Shown here piece after piece: positions 9,395 through 19,059 of a DNA stretch of 64,000 bases. Below the pieces are notes generated by a model, which was not told where the DNA came from, searched no databases, and saw only the letters and a list, made by a program, of their open reading frames with translations. Source of the stretch: Cellvibrionales bacterium (GTDB taxonomy: Bacteria > Pseudomonadota > Gammaproteobacteria > Pseudomonadales > UBA7239); NCBI GenBank assembly GCA_016713115.1, contig JADJPU010000001.1, positions 856,642-920,641 on the forward strand, written 5' to 3'. The position numbers and the translations under genes were made by a program. The first letter of the stretch is position 1; the number at the start of each line of letters is the position of its first letter.

Positions 9395-11896
9395 GTGAAT
9401 ATCCGTAGACGCTGGTTTGGTTCCGCCCTGCTGCTCGCCTCGTTACTGTTCGGGGCACCAGCTTGGTCACAGACCGGCACGCAGTTGCTGTGGGACAACA
9501 ACAACGATGGTGACGGCTCGGAAATCCAGAGCCAGCCTGATACAAATGGCGGCGACTACATCTTCTGGATCAGCCCAGAATACGCACAACATGGTGTCTG
9601 GCGCACAGTGCTGACTGTAACCAGCGGTGAGGCACAACTCTATGTCAAGAAAGGCGACCCCACCGTCACGGGATCAGGCGTTCTCTCCTCCGCCCGGGTA
9701 GGTGACGATGCAGTGTTGGTTGATCGCTCGAAGTACAACGTAGGCGAAGCGTGGTACATCCGTGTCAACGCCACAGCAGGAGCAACATGGACACTGCGTT
9801 CGGGCGACATTGAAGTCACTGACTGGGGTTCGGTTGACGACAACACCAAAACATCCACCGCCACCATCGGTCCTGAGGGCATGATTTGGTTCAAAGCGCA
9901 GATAAACCCGACCACAACCCCTGCCTGGGGGCTGATGGAAAACAGCGTCACACCCAAAGCTCTTTATGTGTCGCTGGATAAGGCACCGATGGCGTTCAGC
10001 ACCACTACTGTTGCCGATCAGATTGAAAAAACCGCCGGACAAATGATCGCCACTCCCGGCTCGGCCTCTGGCTCCATCTACCTCGGGGTAGCTGGCACCC
10101 CGGGAGCCAACATCAACCTCAAAGCTTTCAAACATCTGATCACCACGCCCTCCACGCTGCCGGGCGGACAGTACACGGACGAAGGTATCGACAATTTCGA
10201 GTTCAGCCTGACCGGACAATCCAGCACTGCGGTCAACACCGGCGACCGCGCCGGCTTCCGCTTTGTAACCTACAAGGTTGATGTGCCAGCCAACGGCCTC
10301 GGCTGGCAAGTGAAGATGACACCAAACACCGGTGATACCGCCAATCTCTACCTGCGTTACGCCATTGCAGCCACACCCAACGACAACAATGCGATGTCTG
10401 AACTGGATGAGCAGATCACCGATAACGCCGTTATTGTGCCACCCGATCTGGGGACTGGTCCCTCCTACATCACGGTCTACAGTCCGGACGATGCTGATTT
10501 CAGCTTCACCCTGCGCAGCGGTGATCCACAAGTTACGGCTGTTCCCTACATCAATGAAGCACCAAACCAGATCGTCAACGGTCCCGCGAACCAGAATACC
10601 GGAGGCTGGATGTACTACCGCGTGGACAACCTTGCCGAACAGCTCAATTACATGGGCTGGGAATTGCTGTTGTCCAATGCGCCCGCCAACACAACACTGG
10701 CCACCCGTCGCAATGCCATTCCGGCCAAAAGCGACTACCGTCAGACAGGTCAGAAGAAATCCAGCACGATGCAAGCGCATCAGTCGAGCACCAACGGTCT
10801 GCTACAAAACCCCAATCACGAAGCTGATGTCTGGTATATCGGTGTCTACAACCCAACCAGCGCACTGGGAGCCTTTGAACTGACAACTCGTGCGCCGCAG
10901 CGCAGCGATCTCGATTTCAACGGTTTTTCACAGGATGTTGGGCTGACAGATGTGGATGGCAATTGCACGGCAGGGCAGGATGTGATGTCCACTCGCTATT
11001 TCAAAGTCACGGTGCCAGCAGGAGCACTGGGCTGGGATGTGCGGTTGAGCAATATATCGGGCGGCAAGCCTGTCATGATGGTGCGCCGCGACCTACTGCC
11101 AGCCAGCCTGTCGTCTGGCGGCGGCAGCGGCGCCAATAACAGCGCGGCTTGGGCATCCGGCAATTCCTTCAAGGTGATTGGCGATTACACCGACGACAAA
11201 GAGGCTGACGGCACTGATGCCAGTGGCCAGATTTTCACCGTCGGTATGGGCAGCCCACTCGAACCGGGCAATTACTACATTGCCGTGGGGCTTTCCAACC
11301 CACCAGCCAGTGGCACTTTCTGTTACAGCATTACCAGCCGCGCTATCGGTATTGGCAATGACGGCGGCAACAAACCCTATGCCATCCAAGTGCATGATCT
11401 GCCCTTCAACGGCAGCGTATCCGCCACACTGCCCGCACGCGAGATTGCCGTGTATCGCATCGAAGTACCTGACACCCAGCCCGGCTGGATACTGAAGCTG
11501 ACACCCGATGCCGAACAAGAAGCCATGCTGGCCGTGCGGCAGGGCAGTATTCCGAATATCGATGCCACCGAAACCACCTCTGTGGCAGATACCAACCGCT
11601 ACACGGGAATAAAACGGGAGCGCAGCGGCACCGACTACTTCTACCGCTTTGCCGATAGCGGCCAGTTCCTCACACCGGGAACCTATTACGCTGTAGTGCA
11701 AAGTGAGGGTAACAGCCGCACACCACTGGATCACCTCGGAACTGGGTCGGCCAGCTTCACGCTGACTAGCGCAGCCATGCCCTATGTCGATATTACCGAC
11801 AATGTACTGGGTGAGGGCGAAACCCGCAGTTGGACGGCACAGGCACTGCCCTACGGTGAATACCATCTGTACCGCGTGCGTGTCGCCCCGGTCTAG
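9395..11896 (+). CDS. secreted repeat protein, N-terminal fragment of a giant PPC-like/TSP3/FG-GAP protein
   Basis: ORF 9293..11896. GTG 9395 lies 6 nt after AGGAG and gives the signal peptide (M)NIRRRWFGSALLLASLLFGAPAWSQ. Repeated beta-sandwich-like modules follow, with Y-[YF]-R-V..VP..GW.V.L...R+D..P....G.YY[IV].V signatures. It ends in the middle of a repeat unit. Confidence 0.8.
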   Translation: MNIRRRWFGSALLLASLLFGAPAWSQTGTQLLWDNNNDGDGSEIQSQPDTNGGDYIFWISPEYAQHGVWRTVLTVTSGEAQLYVKKGDPTVTGSGVLSSARVGDDAVLVDRSKYNVGEAWYIRVNATAGATWTLRSGDIEVTDWGSVDDNTKTSTATIGPEGMIWFKAQINPTTTPAWGLMENSVTPKALYVSLDKAPMAFSTTTVADQIEKTAGQMIATPGSASGSIYLGVAGTPGANINLKAFKHLITTPSTLPGGQYTDEGIDNFEFSLTGQSSTAVNTGDRAGFRFVTYKVDVPANGLGWQVKMTPNTGDTANLYLRYAIAATPNDNNAMSELDEQITDNAVIVPPDLGTGPSYITVYSPDDADFSFTLRSGDPQVTAVPYINEAPNQIVNGPANQNTGGWMYYRVDNLAEQLNYMGWELLLSNAPANTTLATRRNAIPAKSDYRQTGQKKSSTMQAHQSSTNGLLQNPNHEADVWYIGVYNPTSALGAFELTTRAPQRSDLDFNGFSQDVGLTDVDGNCTAGQDVMSTRYFKVTVPAGALGWDVRLSNISGGKPVMMVRRDLLPASLSSGGGSGANNSAAWASGNSFKVIGDYTDDKEADGTDASGQIFTVGMGSPLEPGNYYIAVGLSNPPASGTFCYSITSRAIGIGNDGGNKPYAIQVHDLPFNGSVSATLPAREIAVYRIEVPDTQPGWILKLTPDAEQEAMLAVRQGSIPNIDATETTSVADTNRYTGIKRERSGTDYFYRFADSGQFLTPGTYYAVVQSEGNSRTPLDHLGTGSASFTLTSAAMPYVDITDNVLGEGETRSWTAQALPYGEYHLYRVRVAPV

Positions 11897-11901
11897 CGGC
11901 G

Positions 11902-14900
11902 ATGGACATTCGCTTAAAGAACAAGACAGGCAAGCCAATACTGCTAGTGGAAAGAGCTGAGGAAGGTGAGTTTCGCCTGCCCAACGCCAAAACGAGCGCC
12001 GAGTTGTCCCTAGGTCAAGACAGAACCAAAAGTGGCTATAGCCGCGATTTCTACCATACCGATCTAGTGACGGTGCCGATGCCTACCGGCGATTACTGGG
12101 TGTTAGTGGGCAATCAGGATCAAACTGAAGCCTCGCAGGTGGATGGCCAGTATGACCTCGATATCACTGGCCAAGCCATTCCCGATCTGCCGTTCAACGG
12201 TGGCAGCCTGACGGTACCCTTAGAAGCGACACAAAATGCGAATACCTGGCGCTACTACCGCGTGACCGTACCAAGCAACGCCGTGGGCTGGAATATCCGG
12301 CTGCGGGATGTCACAGCCGGCAACCCGCGCATGGTGATCCGTCGCGACCAATCACCCACCAGCTTTACCGTACCCAGTTCCCTGTCACTGTCCCAAACCA
12401 ACTGGCCGAGCTTGTCGCAGGTGGCCGTCGGCTCAGACTTCACCAATGACAAGGACGCCGGCAATGTGGATATGACTGGGCGTTACTTTACCGTTGGCAT
12501 GAACGCGCCACTGGTGCCGGGAACATATATCGTCGGGGTGAGCAACCCGTCCGGTACAGACCCCATGGCCTACACCATCGAAAGTCAGGGTATCGGTGAA
12601 CCGACTGAAAAAGATGCCAACGGCGATGATTGGCTCATTCCCATCCAGTCGCTGGATTTTGCCGGTGGCAACCATTCGGGCAGTTTGGATGTGCGCGACA
12701 TCGCCGTCTACAAGGTTGATGTACCTGTTGACACGGCCAGTTGGGAAGTGTCACTGGATACGGTGCCTGATGGCGAAGTGATGTTGACCGTGTCGAAGGG
12801 GCGATTGCCGAATAACAGCGCCACAGAGAGCGGTAACAGTGTCAGCACTGTGGGCGGTACCGTGCGCGAGCAGGTGGGCGACGAGTACTTTTACAAGTTT
12901 CATACGACAGCCAATGACAGTATTGACGCAGGCACTTACTACCTCGTGGTGATCGGCGAAGGACAATCGCCTGCAGCCGAAAACCGCACCGGTATCGGTG
13001 TGGCAGATTATGTAATCACCAGCAAGGGAGCACTGGATATCTCCTCTGCCGAATACGCCGATGGCACCGTACCTTGGTCAAACATCCCGCTGCGCTACGC
13101 CGAAGTGAAAACACACCGCGTCACAGTACCGAATGGCCTGAGCCAGATGTGTATTGGCAGCTACGGAGCAGGGTTTGTGCTGTCGAAAGCGACTGCAGAT
13201 TCAGTTGCGCTGGGCGGAGACAACGCCGATGACGAGATGCCCTATGCAAAAACGATAGAAGGTGGGGCGGGCAGGATTGGTTACTACCCACCGGGCACAG
13301 CCATCATCATCACACCTGAAGCGAATACGGACTATTTCCTGACCGTGGGTCAGCGCGAGAATGGTACGCCCATGTCTACGGTGAACTACACCATCCGGTT
13401 CGATTGTGACCCTATCCCTGAGATCTCATTCAATGGTGGTTTTGCTGATGCAGCCGTTGGCCCGTCACCCGGTGGTGGCAGTATTTTCTTTGACTGGTAC
13501 CGGATAGAAGTACCTGCCAACGCCACCGGCTGGGATCTGCGATTGGTGAATGTCTCTGGTGGCGGTACGCCAAGACTGGTGGTTCGCCGTGATTCAAAAC
13601 CTGTGACATCTTCCGGCAGCCTACCTGACAGTGCCACCACTTGGCCTTCCGGCGCACAGTGGGCGATGGGCAGTGATTTCACAGGTGGCGATACCGAGGC
13701 TGGAGTCAGTGAGGCTGTCACTGGGCGTTTCTTCACGGTTGGCATGGGAGCGCCGCTGGAGCCCGGCAGTTACTACATCGGTGTTTACAACAGCAGCACA
13801 CAGAATCCGGCAAGCTACCGCCTGCTAAGTCGCGGCATCGGCGAACCGACAGAACTCGATGCTGAAGGTAACCCTTGGCAAATTCCGGTGCAGGTGCTGG
13901 GCTTCGATGGCAGTGATCCGCTCGGCAGCAATACCGTCAGCAGCAGTATTGCACCTGTGCCTCAGGGCAACAGCGACAGCGTGGACGATGTGCGTGATCT
14001 CGCCGTATACCGGGTTACGGTACCAGCCAATGTCCACGGCTGGCGTGTTGAACTGACACCCAATGCAGGGCACGAAGCAATGCTAGCCGTGCGCCGAGGG
14101 TCGCTGCCAAACATCAAGGCTGGCAATAGTAGTCCAGCAGGATTGGTAGAAAATCTGACGAAACTGCAAGGCATTACACGCGAACGGGCTGGCAAAGAGT
14201 ATTTCTATCAGTTTGCCAGCCGTGATCCAGTGGCACAGGAAGACCGGCAGACACTCACACCGGGAACACATTATGTGGTGGTGGTGGCTGAAGGGCAGAA
14301 CCCTGCCAATGAAAATAAGCTGGGTACCGGTACTACCTCATACACACTGACCAGCTATGGTGAGATGCCGTTCAGTGACAAGACTTCCACCCCTGTTGAC
14401 GATGGCACGCCCGTCAACTGGACCAGCCAATCGGTGCAACCGGGTGCCATGAATCTCTATCGCTTCCGCCTGCCAGCCAATTTGCCGCAGGCCATTGAAG
14501 TGACGCTGAGCAACCGCTTTGGCAAACCGTCGATGCTGCTGGAGCGTGCGGCAGTGGATGCTTTCCGTTATCCCAATGAAAAAATCGACAACGAAATGCT
14601 ATACGCCATGGCGGCTGATGGCGGTTACGAGCGTGATTACACCGATACACAGGTCATCAACATTCCTTACCCACCCGCCGGCGATTACTGGCTGGCCATG
14701 GGTTCAAACGATACAGCCTCCAGCCCGTTGCCTGCTGGCGGTGACATCACTGTATCGGTCAACGCACCGATACCACTGGCCTTTGATGGCGGTCAGGACA
14801 GCCAAGTGCTGGTTAAGAACCAAGTGCGCTATTACCGAGTAGAAGTGCCGGAAACACTGGACGGTCTTGCCGTCCCTGCGTGGCGTGTCAACACTGATTT

Positions 14901-17900
14901 GTTGAGCGGCAGTGTTGAACTGAGAGTACGCAAGGACTTCCTGCCGCCAGCGGACACCACCACGAAACCCGTGGTGAAAAGCCTGCACAACGAGGCCGTG
15001 ATTACCCAACCCTTGCTGACACCGGGTATTTGGTATGTCGAAGTGAAGGCAATGGCTGATGGCACCAGTTACACCGTCAACAGCGTGCCTGGTCGAGCAC
15101 AGCGCCAATGGACTCTGCCGACACAGGCGGCTGATTTCAACCATCCGGGATTGGCTTCACCAATGTTTGGCGACAGCGGTGTTGCAGCAGACGGTTCAGC
15201 CATCATCAACCCCAACTCGCTGGACCAGGGTACTGATCTCAAGGTGGGACGCATGCACTTCTATCGCGTGACGGTACCTGCCGGAAACGCTGGTCTACTG
15301 AAGACCGAATTGCAGGCATTGAGCGGCAACCCGCAGTTGTACATCCGCCGTAACGGCATGCCGACACTGGATCATGATCTGGCCGGGGATTCCAACACTT
15401 CCCTGACAAAAGTTATTTATGACAAGGCCGACGAAGATGCCAACAGCAGTTACGGCCACTGGGTGCCCGTTGATGCGCGAGAGAGCACGCAATTGGAGAC
15501 AGGCGTGTGGTGGATAGGCATCTTTGCTAAGGACGGTAATGTGCGTTACCGGCTGCGCTTGTCTGCAGGTGCTGTCGAGAACAACGATGGCACACTGGCG
15601 GATGCAACAGGTTATGTGCAGGATCTGTCGGCAAGCCCGTCAGTCTCGACAACCCACGCCAACCAGACACTGCTAAAAGGCGACGTCCGCTATTACCGAC
15701 TCAAACTGCCAGCGGCAGCGACGATCAATGCCAACAGCACACCGTTGAACTGGACGATCACACTGTCGGGCAAAAATACGCTGGGTATACGCCTGCGCGA
15801 CACGGCACCACCCGGCATGCGCAACAAGACGGTGGGCTCGCTCGCCGATGATGCCAACTGGCAGGACTGGCGCGATGAAAACGAACAGACCGCCAGCACT
15901 TCCCACAACTACTACACCGGCAGTGGTACACGGGTATTGCAGATTCCCGAACTGAAACCGGGTGCGACCTACTATGTGGCTGTCAGGGCATCCGATGATA
16001 TTCCGGTGGGTGATCCGTTCACGATTACCTCATCGCTGTCCGCCTCACGGCTGGTTCTCGACGGCGTGGTGGATTTCTTTACAGGCACTGCCAACACTAG
16101 CATTCCGGCCAATAGCCAGCGCCTGTTCCGTGTCGATGTTCCGCCGCTGGCAGGCCAGTGGCAACACAGCGCCACCTACGAATCCGGTGTACAGATGTTC
16201 GTGCAACAAGGCACGGTATCACCGGCTGCCAACACCGCCAACAAGGACTTCAATGACTGGTCTTCAGTGGACGGTTTCGGCAAGGCGGGCAATGTAGCCA
16301 TCGCCGCCAACGGCAGCACCAGCACCGTAACCAGCACCAGCGCCAGCATGAGCATGTCGTTCTACCGAGCGGCGACCATTGCCCTGCGCGCACCGTGGCT
16401 GGCCGGTACCTCTTACTACATTCTGGTGAAAAACCCGACGGCAGATGCAAAGAACTTCTCCCTGACGATGACCGGCAAGTACCTCAGTGAATCGGACGCT
16501 GACAATGACGGGCTACCGGATAACTGGGAGATAGAGCATTTCGGAGACATCAGTAAATCACCGGCACAGGACAGTGACGGCGACGGCCTGAGCAATCTGA
16601 AGGAACTGGAAGCCGGTACCGACCCAAGCAATCCCGATACCGATGGCGATGGCGTGAGGGCTGGATTGGGTGCAGTACGACTGGATCCCACAGAAAATGC
16701 AGACTTCGACAAAGACGGCATCGGTGACAACACTGACCTCGATGACGACAACGATAATGTGCCCGACTTGATTGACAACTGTCCTTACATTGCCAACCCC
16801 TATCAAGCGGATACCGATGGCGACGGCGTGGGCAACGCCTGCCAAACAGCAGTGATTTCATTCGAGACGGGTATTCCAGCAGGCTGGCAGTCAACAACGG
16901 ATGAGGCATCGCATTTGCAGCAAAGCCTGCGCGCTGCTGCCATCACCGATGGACAGACCGCTGCCATCACCTGGCGCGAGAGCTTCGCTGGTGGACCAGT
17001 GCAGTTCGATGTGAAAGTGTCATCCGAACAGAACAAGGACATTTTCGCGCTCGCGGTTGATGGAGTGGTCGTGAATGCCACACGCAAATCGGGATCATTC
17101 GGCTGGGCAACGCTGTCTGCCACCGTGACACCTGGCGTGCATACACTGACCTGGAGCTATACCAAGGACGCAGCCAACAGCGCTGGCGGTGACACAGCAT
17201 GGCTCGACAACATCCGTTACACGCAAGGTGAGGATGCCGGCGATACAGACGGCGATGGCATCATGGACTTTGACGATCCCGATGATGACAACGATGGCAT
17301 CCCCGACGAGCGCGATGCATTCCCCAAAGATCCGACTGAAACAGTGGACACAGATGGCGACGGCATTGGCAATAATGCAGACGACGACGATGACGGTGAC
17401 GGCATTCCCGATGCAGAAGATCCTTACCCGCTGGATGGCGTGCTGATTAGCATGCGGGACGGCGATGTGGCCAAGTTAGGGCTGGGCCATGCTGTAGCCT
17501 ATGTGGGTGATGTGGACGGTGATGGCTTTGGTGATGTTGTCGTCGGTTCCTACAAAGCTAGCCCCGTCGTGTCAGGGGTTGTTCGCAAAGGCGCAGGATC
17601 GATTCGCGTCATTTCTGGCAAAACCGGCACCTTGATACCAGCGCTGAATGTGCCTGGTACGCTGCCGGGTGATGGTTTTGGTTTCAGTGTGGCCGGCGTC
17701 GGCGACATCAACGGTGACAACATCCCCGACATCGCCGTTGGCGCACCCACCGCCGACTGTAGCGGGCGTAAGGATGCTGGCAGTCTGACCGTGCTGTCCG
17801 GCGCTACAGGCACACCGATCTATACCGAGTGTGGTGCCTTTGCCGGCGATCGCCTCGGCACAGCTGTGGCATTGGCGGGTGACATCAACAATGACAGTAT

Positions 17901-18822
17901 CCCCGATATTGCAGCCGGAGCTCCTTTTGCTGATCGCAATGTGGCCGGTGTAATCACCAAGGATCTCGGCAGCATTCGTGTTTACACCGGTATCGGGGGC
18001 AACCTGATTGCCGAGCGGTTCGGGCTGGCAAAAGGTGATCGCTTCGGCAGTGCGGTGGCAGCGGCAGGCGATATCAATAACGACGATAAAGACGACCTAT
18101 TGGTGGGCGCACCACTGGCAGACAAGCAGGTGTTAGGCAAGCTGGTCAAGGATGTCGGGCATGTACAACTGCTGTCGGGGCAGGTTCTGCACACTGGCGG
18201 CAGCGACACACTGCTGATAGAGGAAGGTGAAAAAACAGGCGACGGCTTCGGCACATCGGTATCCGGCGGACACGATGCCAACAACGATGGTATACCTGAC
18301 ATCGCCATCGGCGCGCCGCGCGTGGATGTGGTGATGGAGGTCAATGGCAAATCTGCCCTACGCAAGGATGTTGGCCGCGCCTACCTGTACAGCGGCAGTG
18401 GCAGCGGACCGATCCGTACCCGCGATGGCGCTGCCGCAGGCGACTGGTTTGGTGCGGTTGTAGCACTGCCCGGTGACCTGAACGGCGACACCCGCGCCGA
18501 TCTCGTCGTGGGCAGCCCGCGTTCAGACAAATCCAGCATCAATGCCAAGGGCAAGACTATCCTGCTGAAAGATGTCGGCCGAGTGGTCGGTTACAGCGGA
18601 GCCAATGGCGCAGTGTTGTTCGACCGCACCGGCGCAGTCGCCAAAGATAACTACGGCGCGGCGCTGGATGCCAGCGGTGACATCAACGGCGATGGCGTGG
18701 CTGACATCATTATCGGCACACCCAGTGCTGATGCACTCGGCACTAACGCCAAGGGCAAGACCGTCCTACTGAAGGATGTCGGTCACATTGATATATTGTC
18801 CGGCAGGGCATTGGCTAAATGA
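11902..18822 (+). CDS. giant repeat protein, C-terminal 2306-codon fragment (PPC-like modules, TSP type-3 repeats, lectin-like beta-sandwich, FG-GAP propeller)
   Basis: The frame is already open from 11872. The ATG at 11902 has no SD and no signal peptide. The first residues continue the repeat unit interrupted at the end of the upstream ORF (see findings). Confidence 0.8.
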   Translation: MDIRLKNKTGKPILLVERAEEGEFRLPNAKTSAELSLGQDRTKSGYSRDFYHTDLVTVPMPTGDYWVLVGNQDQTEASQVDGQYDLDITGQAIPDLPFNGGSLTVPLEATQNANTWRYYRVTVPSNAVGWNIRLRDVTAGNPRMVIRRDQSPTSFTVPSSLSLSQTNWPSLSQVAVGSDFTNDKDAGNVDMTGRYFTVGMNAPLVPGTYIVGVSNPSGTDPMAYTIESQGIGEPTEKDANGDDWLIPIQSLDFAGGNHSGSLDVRDIAVYKVDVPVDTASWEVSLDTVPDGEVMLTVSKGRLPNNSATESGNSVSTVGGTVREQVGDEYFYKFHTTANDSIDAGTYYLVVIGEGQSPAAENRTGIGVADYVITSKGALDISSAEYADGTVPWSNIPLRYAEVKTHRVTVPNGLSQMCIGSYGAGFVLSKATADSVALGGDNADDEMPYAKTIEGGAGRIGYYPPGTAIIITPEANTDYFLTVGQRENGTPMSTVNYTIRFDCDPIPEISFNGGFADAAVGPSPGGGSIFFDWYRIEVPANATGWDLRLVNVSGGGTPRLVVRRDSKPVTSSGSLPDSATTWPSGAQWAMGSDFTGGDTEAGVSEAVTGRFFTVGMGAPLEPGSYYIGVYNSSTQNPASYRLLSRGIGEPTELDAEGNPWQIPVQVLGFDGSDPLGSNTVSSSIAPVPQGNSDSVDDVRDLAVYRVTVPANVHGWRVELTPNAGHEAMLAVRRGSLPNIKAGNSSPAGLVENLTKLQGITRERAGKEYFYQFASRDPVAQEDRQTLTPGTHYVVVVAEGQNPANENKLGTGTTSYTLTSYGEMPFSDKTSTPVDDGTPVNWTSQSVQPGAMNLYRFRLPANLPQAIEVTLSNRFGKPSMLLERAAVDAFRYPNEKIDNEMLYAMAADGGYERDYTDTQVINIPYPPAGDYWLAMGSNDTASSPLPAGGDITVSVNAPIPLAFDGGQDSQVLVKNQVRYYRVEVPETLDGLAVPAWRVNTDLLSGSVELRVRKDFLPPADTTTKPVVKSLHNEAVITQPLLTPGIWYVEVKAMADGTSYTVNSVPGRAQRQWTLPTQAADFNHPGLASPMFGDSGVAADGSAIINPNSLDQGTDLKVGRMHFYRVTVPAGNAGLLKTELQALSGNPQLYIRRNGMPTLDHDLAGDSNTSLTKVIYDKADEDANSSYGHWVPVDARESTQLETGVWWIGIFAKDGNVRYRLRLSAGAVENNDGTLADATGYVQDLSASPSVSTTHANQTLLKGDVRYYRLKLPAAATINANSTPLNWTITLSGKNTLGIRLRDTAPPGMRNKTVGSLADDANWQDWRDENEQTASTSHNYYTGSGTRVLQIPELKPGATYYVAVRASDDIPVGDPFTITSSLSASRLVLDGVVDFFTGTANTSIPANSQRLFRVDVPPLAGQWQHSATYESGVQMFVQQGTVSPAANTANKDFNDWSSVDGFGKAGNVAIAANGSTSTVTSTSASMSMSFYRAATIALRAPWLAGTSYYILVKNPTADAKNFSLTMTGKYLSESDADNDGLPDNWEIEHFGDISKSPAQDSDGDGLSNLKELEAGTDPSNPDTDGDGVRAGLGAVRLDPTENADFDKDGIGDNTDLDDDNDNVPDLIDNCPYIANPYQADTDGDGVGNACQTAVISFETGIPAGWQSTTDEASHLQQSLRAAAITDGQTAAITWRESFAGGPVQFDVKVSSEQNKDIFALAVDGVVVNATRKSGSFGWATLSATVTPGVHTLTWSYTKDAANSAGGDTAWLDNIRYTQGEDAGDTDGDGIMDFDDPDDDNDGIPDERDAFPKDPTETVDTDGDGIGNNADDDDDGDGIPDAEDPYPLDGVLISMRDGDVAKLGLGHAVAYVGDVDGDGFGDVVVGSYKASPVVSGVVRKGAGSIRVISGKTGTLIPALNVPGTLPGDGFGFSVAGVGDINGDNIPDIAVGAPTADCSGRKDAGSLTVLSGATGTPIYTECGAFAGDRLGTAVALAGDINNDSIPDIAAGAPFADRNVAGVITKDLGSIRVYTGIGGNLIAERFGLAKGDRFGSAVAAAGDINNDDKDDLLVGAPLADKQVLGKLVKDVGHVQLLSGQVLHTGGSDTLLIEEGEKTGDGFGTSVSGGHDANNDGIPDIAIGAPRVDVVMEVNGKSALRKDVGRAYLYSGSGSGPIRTRDGAAAGDWFGAVVALPGDLNGDTRADLVVGSPRSDKSSINAKGKTILLKDVGRVVGYSGANGAVLFDRTGAVAKDNYGAALDASGDINGDGVADIIIGTPSADALGTNAKGKTVLLKDVGHIDILSGRALAK
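16495..16842 (+). repeat. thrombospondin type-3-like Ca-binding repeats, block 1 (domain-level annotation inside the giant CDS)
   Basis: DADNDGLPDNWE, DSDGDGLSNLKELEAGTDPSNPDTDGDGV, DFDKDGIGDNTDLDDDNDNVPDLIDNCPYIANPYQADTDGDGVGNAC. The last element matches the eukaryotic DNCP..N..Q.D.D.DG.GD.C pattern. Confidence 0.7.
17230..17440 (+). repeat. thrombospondin type-3-like Ca-binding repeats, block 2
   Basis: DTDGDGIMDFDDPDDDNDGIPDERDAFPKDPTETVDTDGDGIGNNADDDDDGDGIPDAEDPYP. Confidence 0.7.
17446..18819 (+). repeat. seven FG-GAP (integrin-alpha-like) repeats, predicted 7-blade beta-propeller at the C-terminus of the giant CDS
   Basis: Seven Ca-loop signatures: GDVDGDGFGDVVVGS, GDINGDNIPDIAVGAP, GDINNDSIPDIAAGAP, GDINNDDKDDLLVGAP, HDANNDGIPDIAIGAP, GDLNGDTRADLVVGSP, GDINGDGVADIIIGTP. 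Each is preceded by a [FL]G.[SA]V element. Confidence 0.75.
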
Positions 18823-18838
18823 GCGGAGGAGACTTGTA

Positions 18839-19033
18839 ATGGAAGACGATCTTCTCCTCACCTTAAACCGCCTGCGCGAAGAACATCGCATGCTGGACGA
18901 TGAAATTCTGGTGCTGCTGGAGAGGCCGTACTTCGATCAACTGCTGATGCAGCGCCTGAAAAAACGCAAGCTGTGGCTAAAAGATACGATCACGCGCGTA
19001 GAAAGCAAACTGATTCCGGATTTGGACGCTTGA
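18839..19033 (+). CDS. DUF465 (YdcH-like) small coiled-coil protein
   Basis: ORF 18776..19033. ATG 18839 follows GGAGGAG. The 64-aa product is MEDDLLLTLNRLREEHRMLDDEILVLLE..LKKRKLWLKDTI, the DUF465 pattern. Confidence 0.7.
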   Translation: MEDDLLLTLNRLREEHRMLDDEILVLLERPYFDQLLMQRLKKRKLWLKDTITRVESKLIPDLDA

Positions 19034-19038
19034 GCACC

Positions 19039-19059
19039 GCATCAATGCTCTATTGATGC
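19039..19059. terminator. hairpin between convergent DUF465 and GGDEF genes (possible bidirectional terminator)
   Basis: Perfect 8-bp stem GCATCAAT/ATTGATGC with a 5-nt loop. No clear U-tract. Overlaps the GGDEF stop codon. Confidence 0.3.

Noticed and set aside
9674-11938. Long antisense ORFs inside the giant adhesin gene (9674..10780, 368 aa; 11093..11938, 281 aa). Similar ones lie opposite proC (25605..26384), hemF (29849..30499), lpoA (32884..33495) and chpA (46377..47039 and others).
   Set aside because: Their translations are Arg/Gly/Cys/His-rich low-complexity sequence with no motifs, and they lie entirely inside strongly supported genes on the other strand. These are typical shadow ORFs of GC-rich coding DNA.
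16495-17440. Short repeated GAYRSCGAYGGC-type DNA motifs that could superficially look like a repeat array.
   Set aside because: They are in-frame codons for the D-x-D-G-D-G Ca-binding loops of TSP3 repeats inside a CDS. There is no regular repeat-spacer periodicity, so this is not a CRISPR or VNTR.
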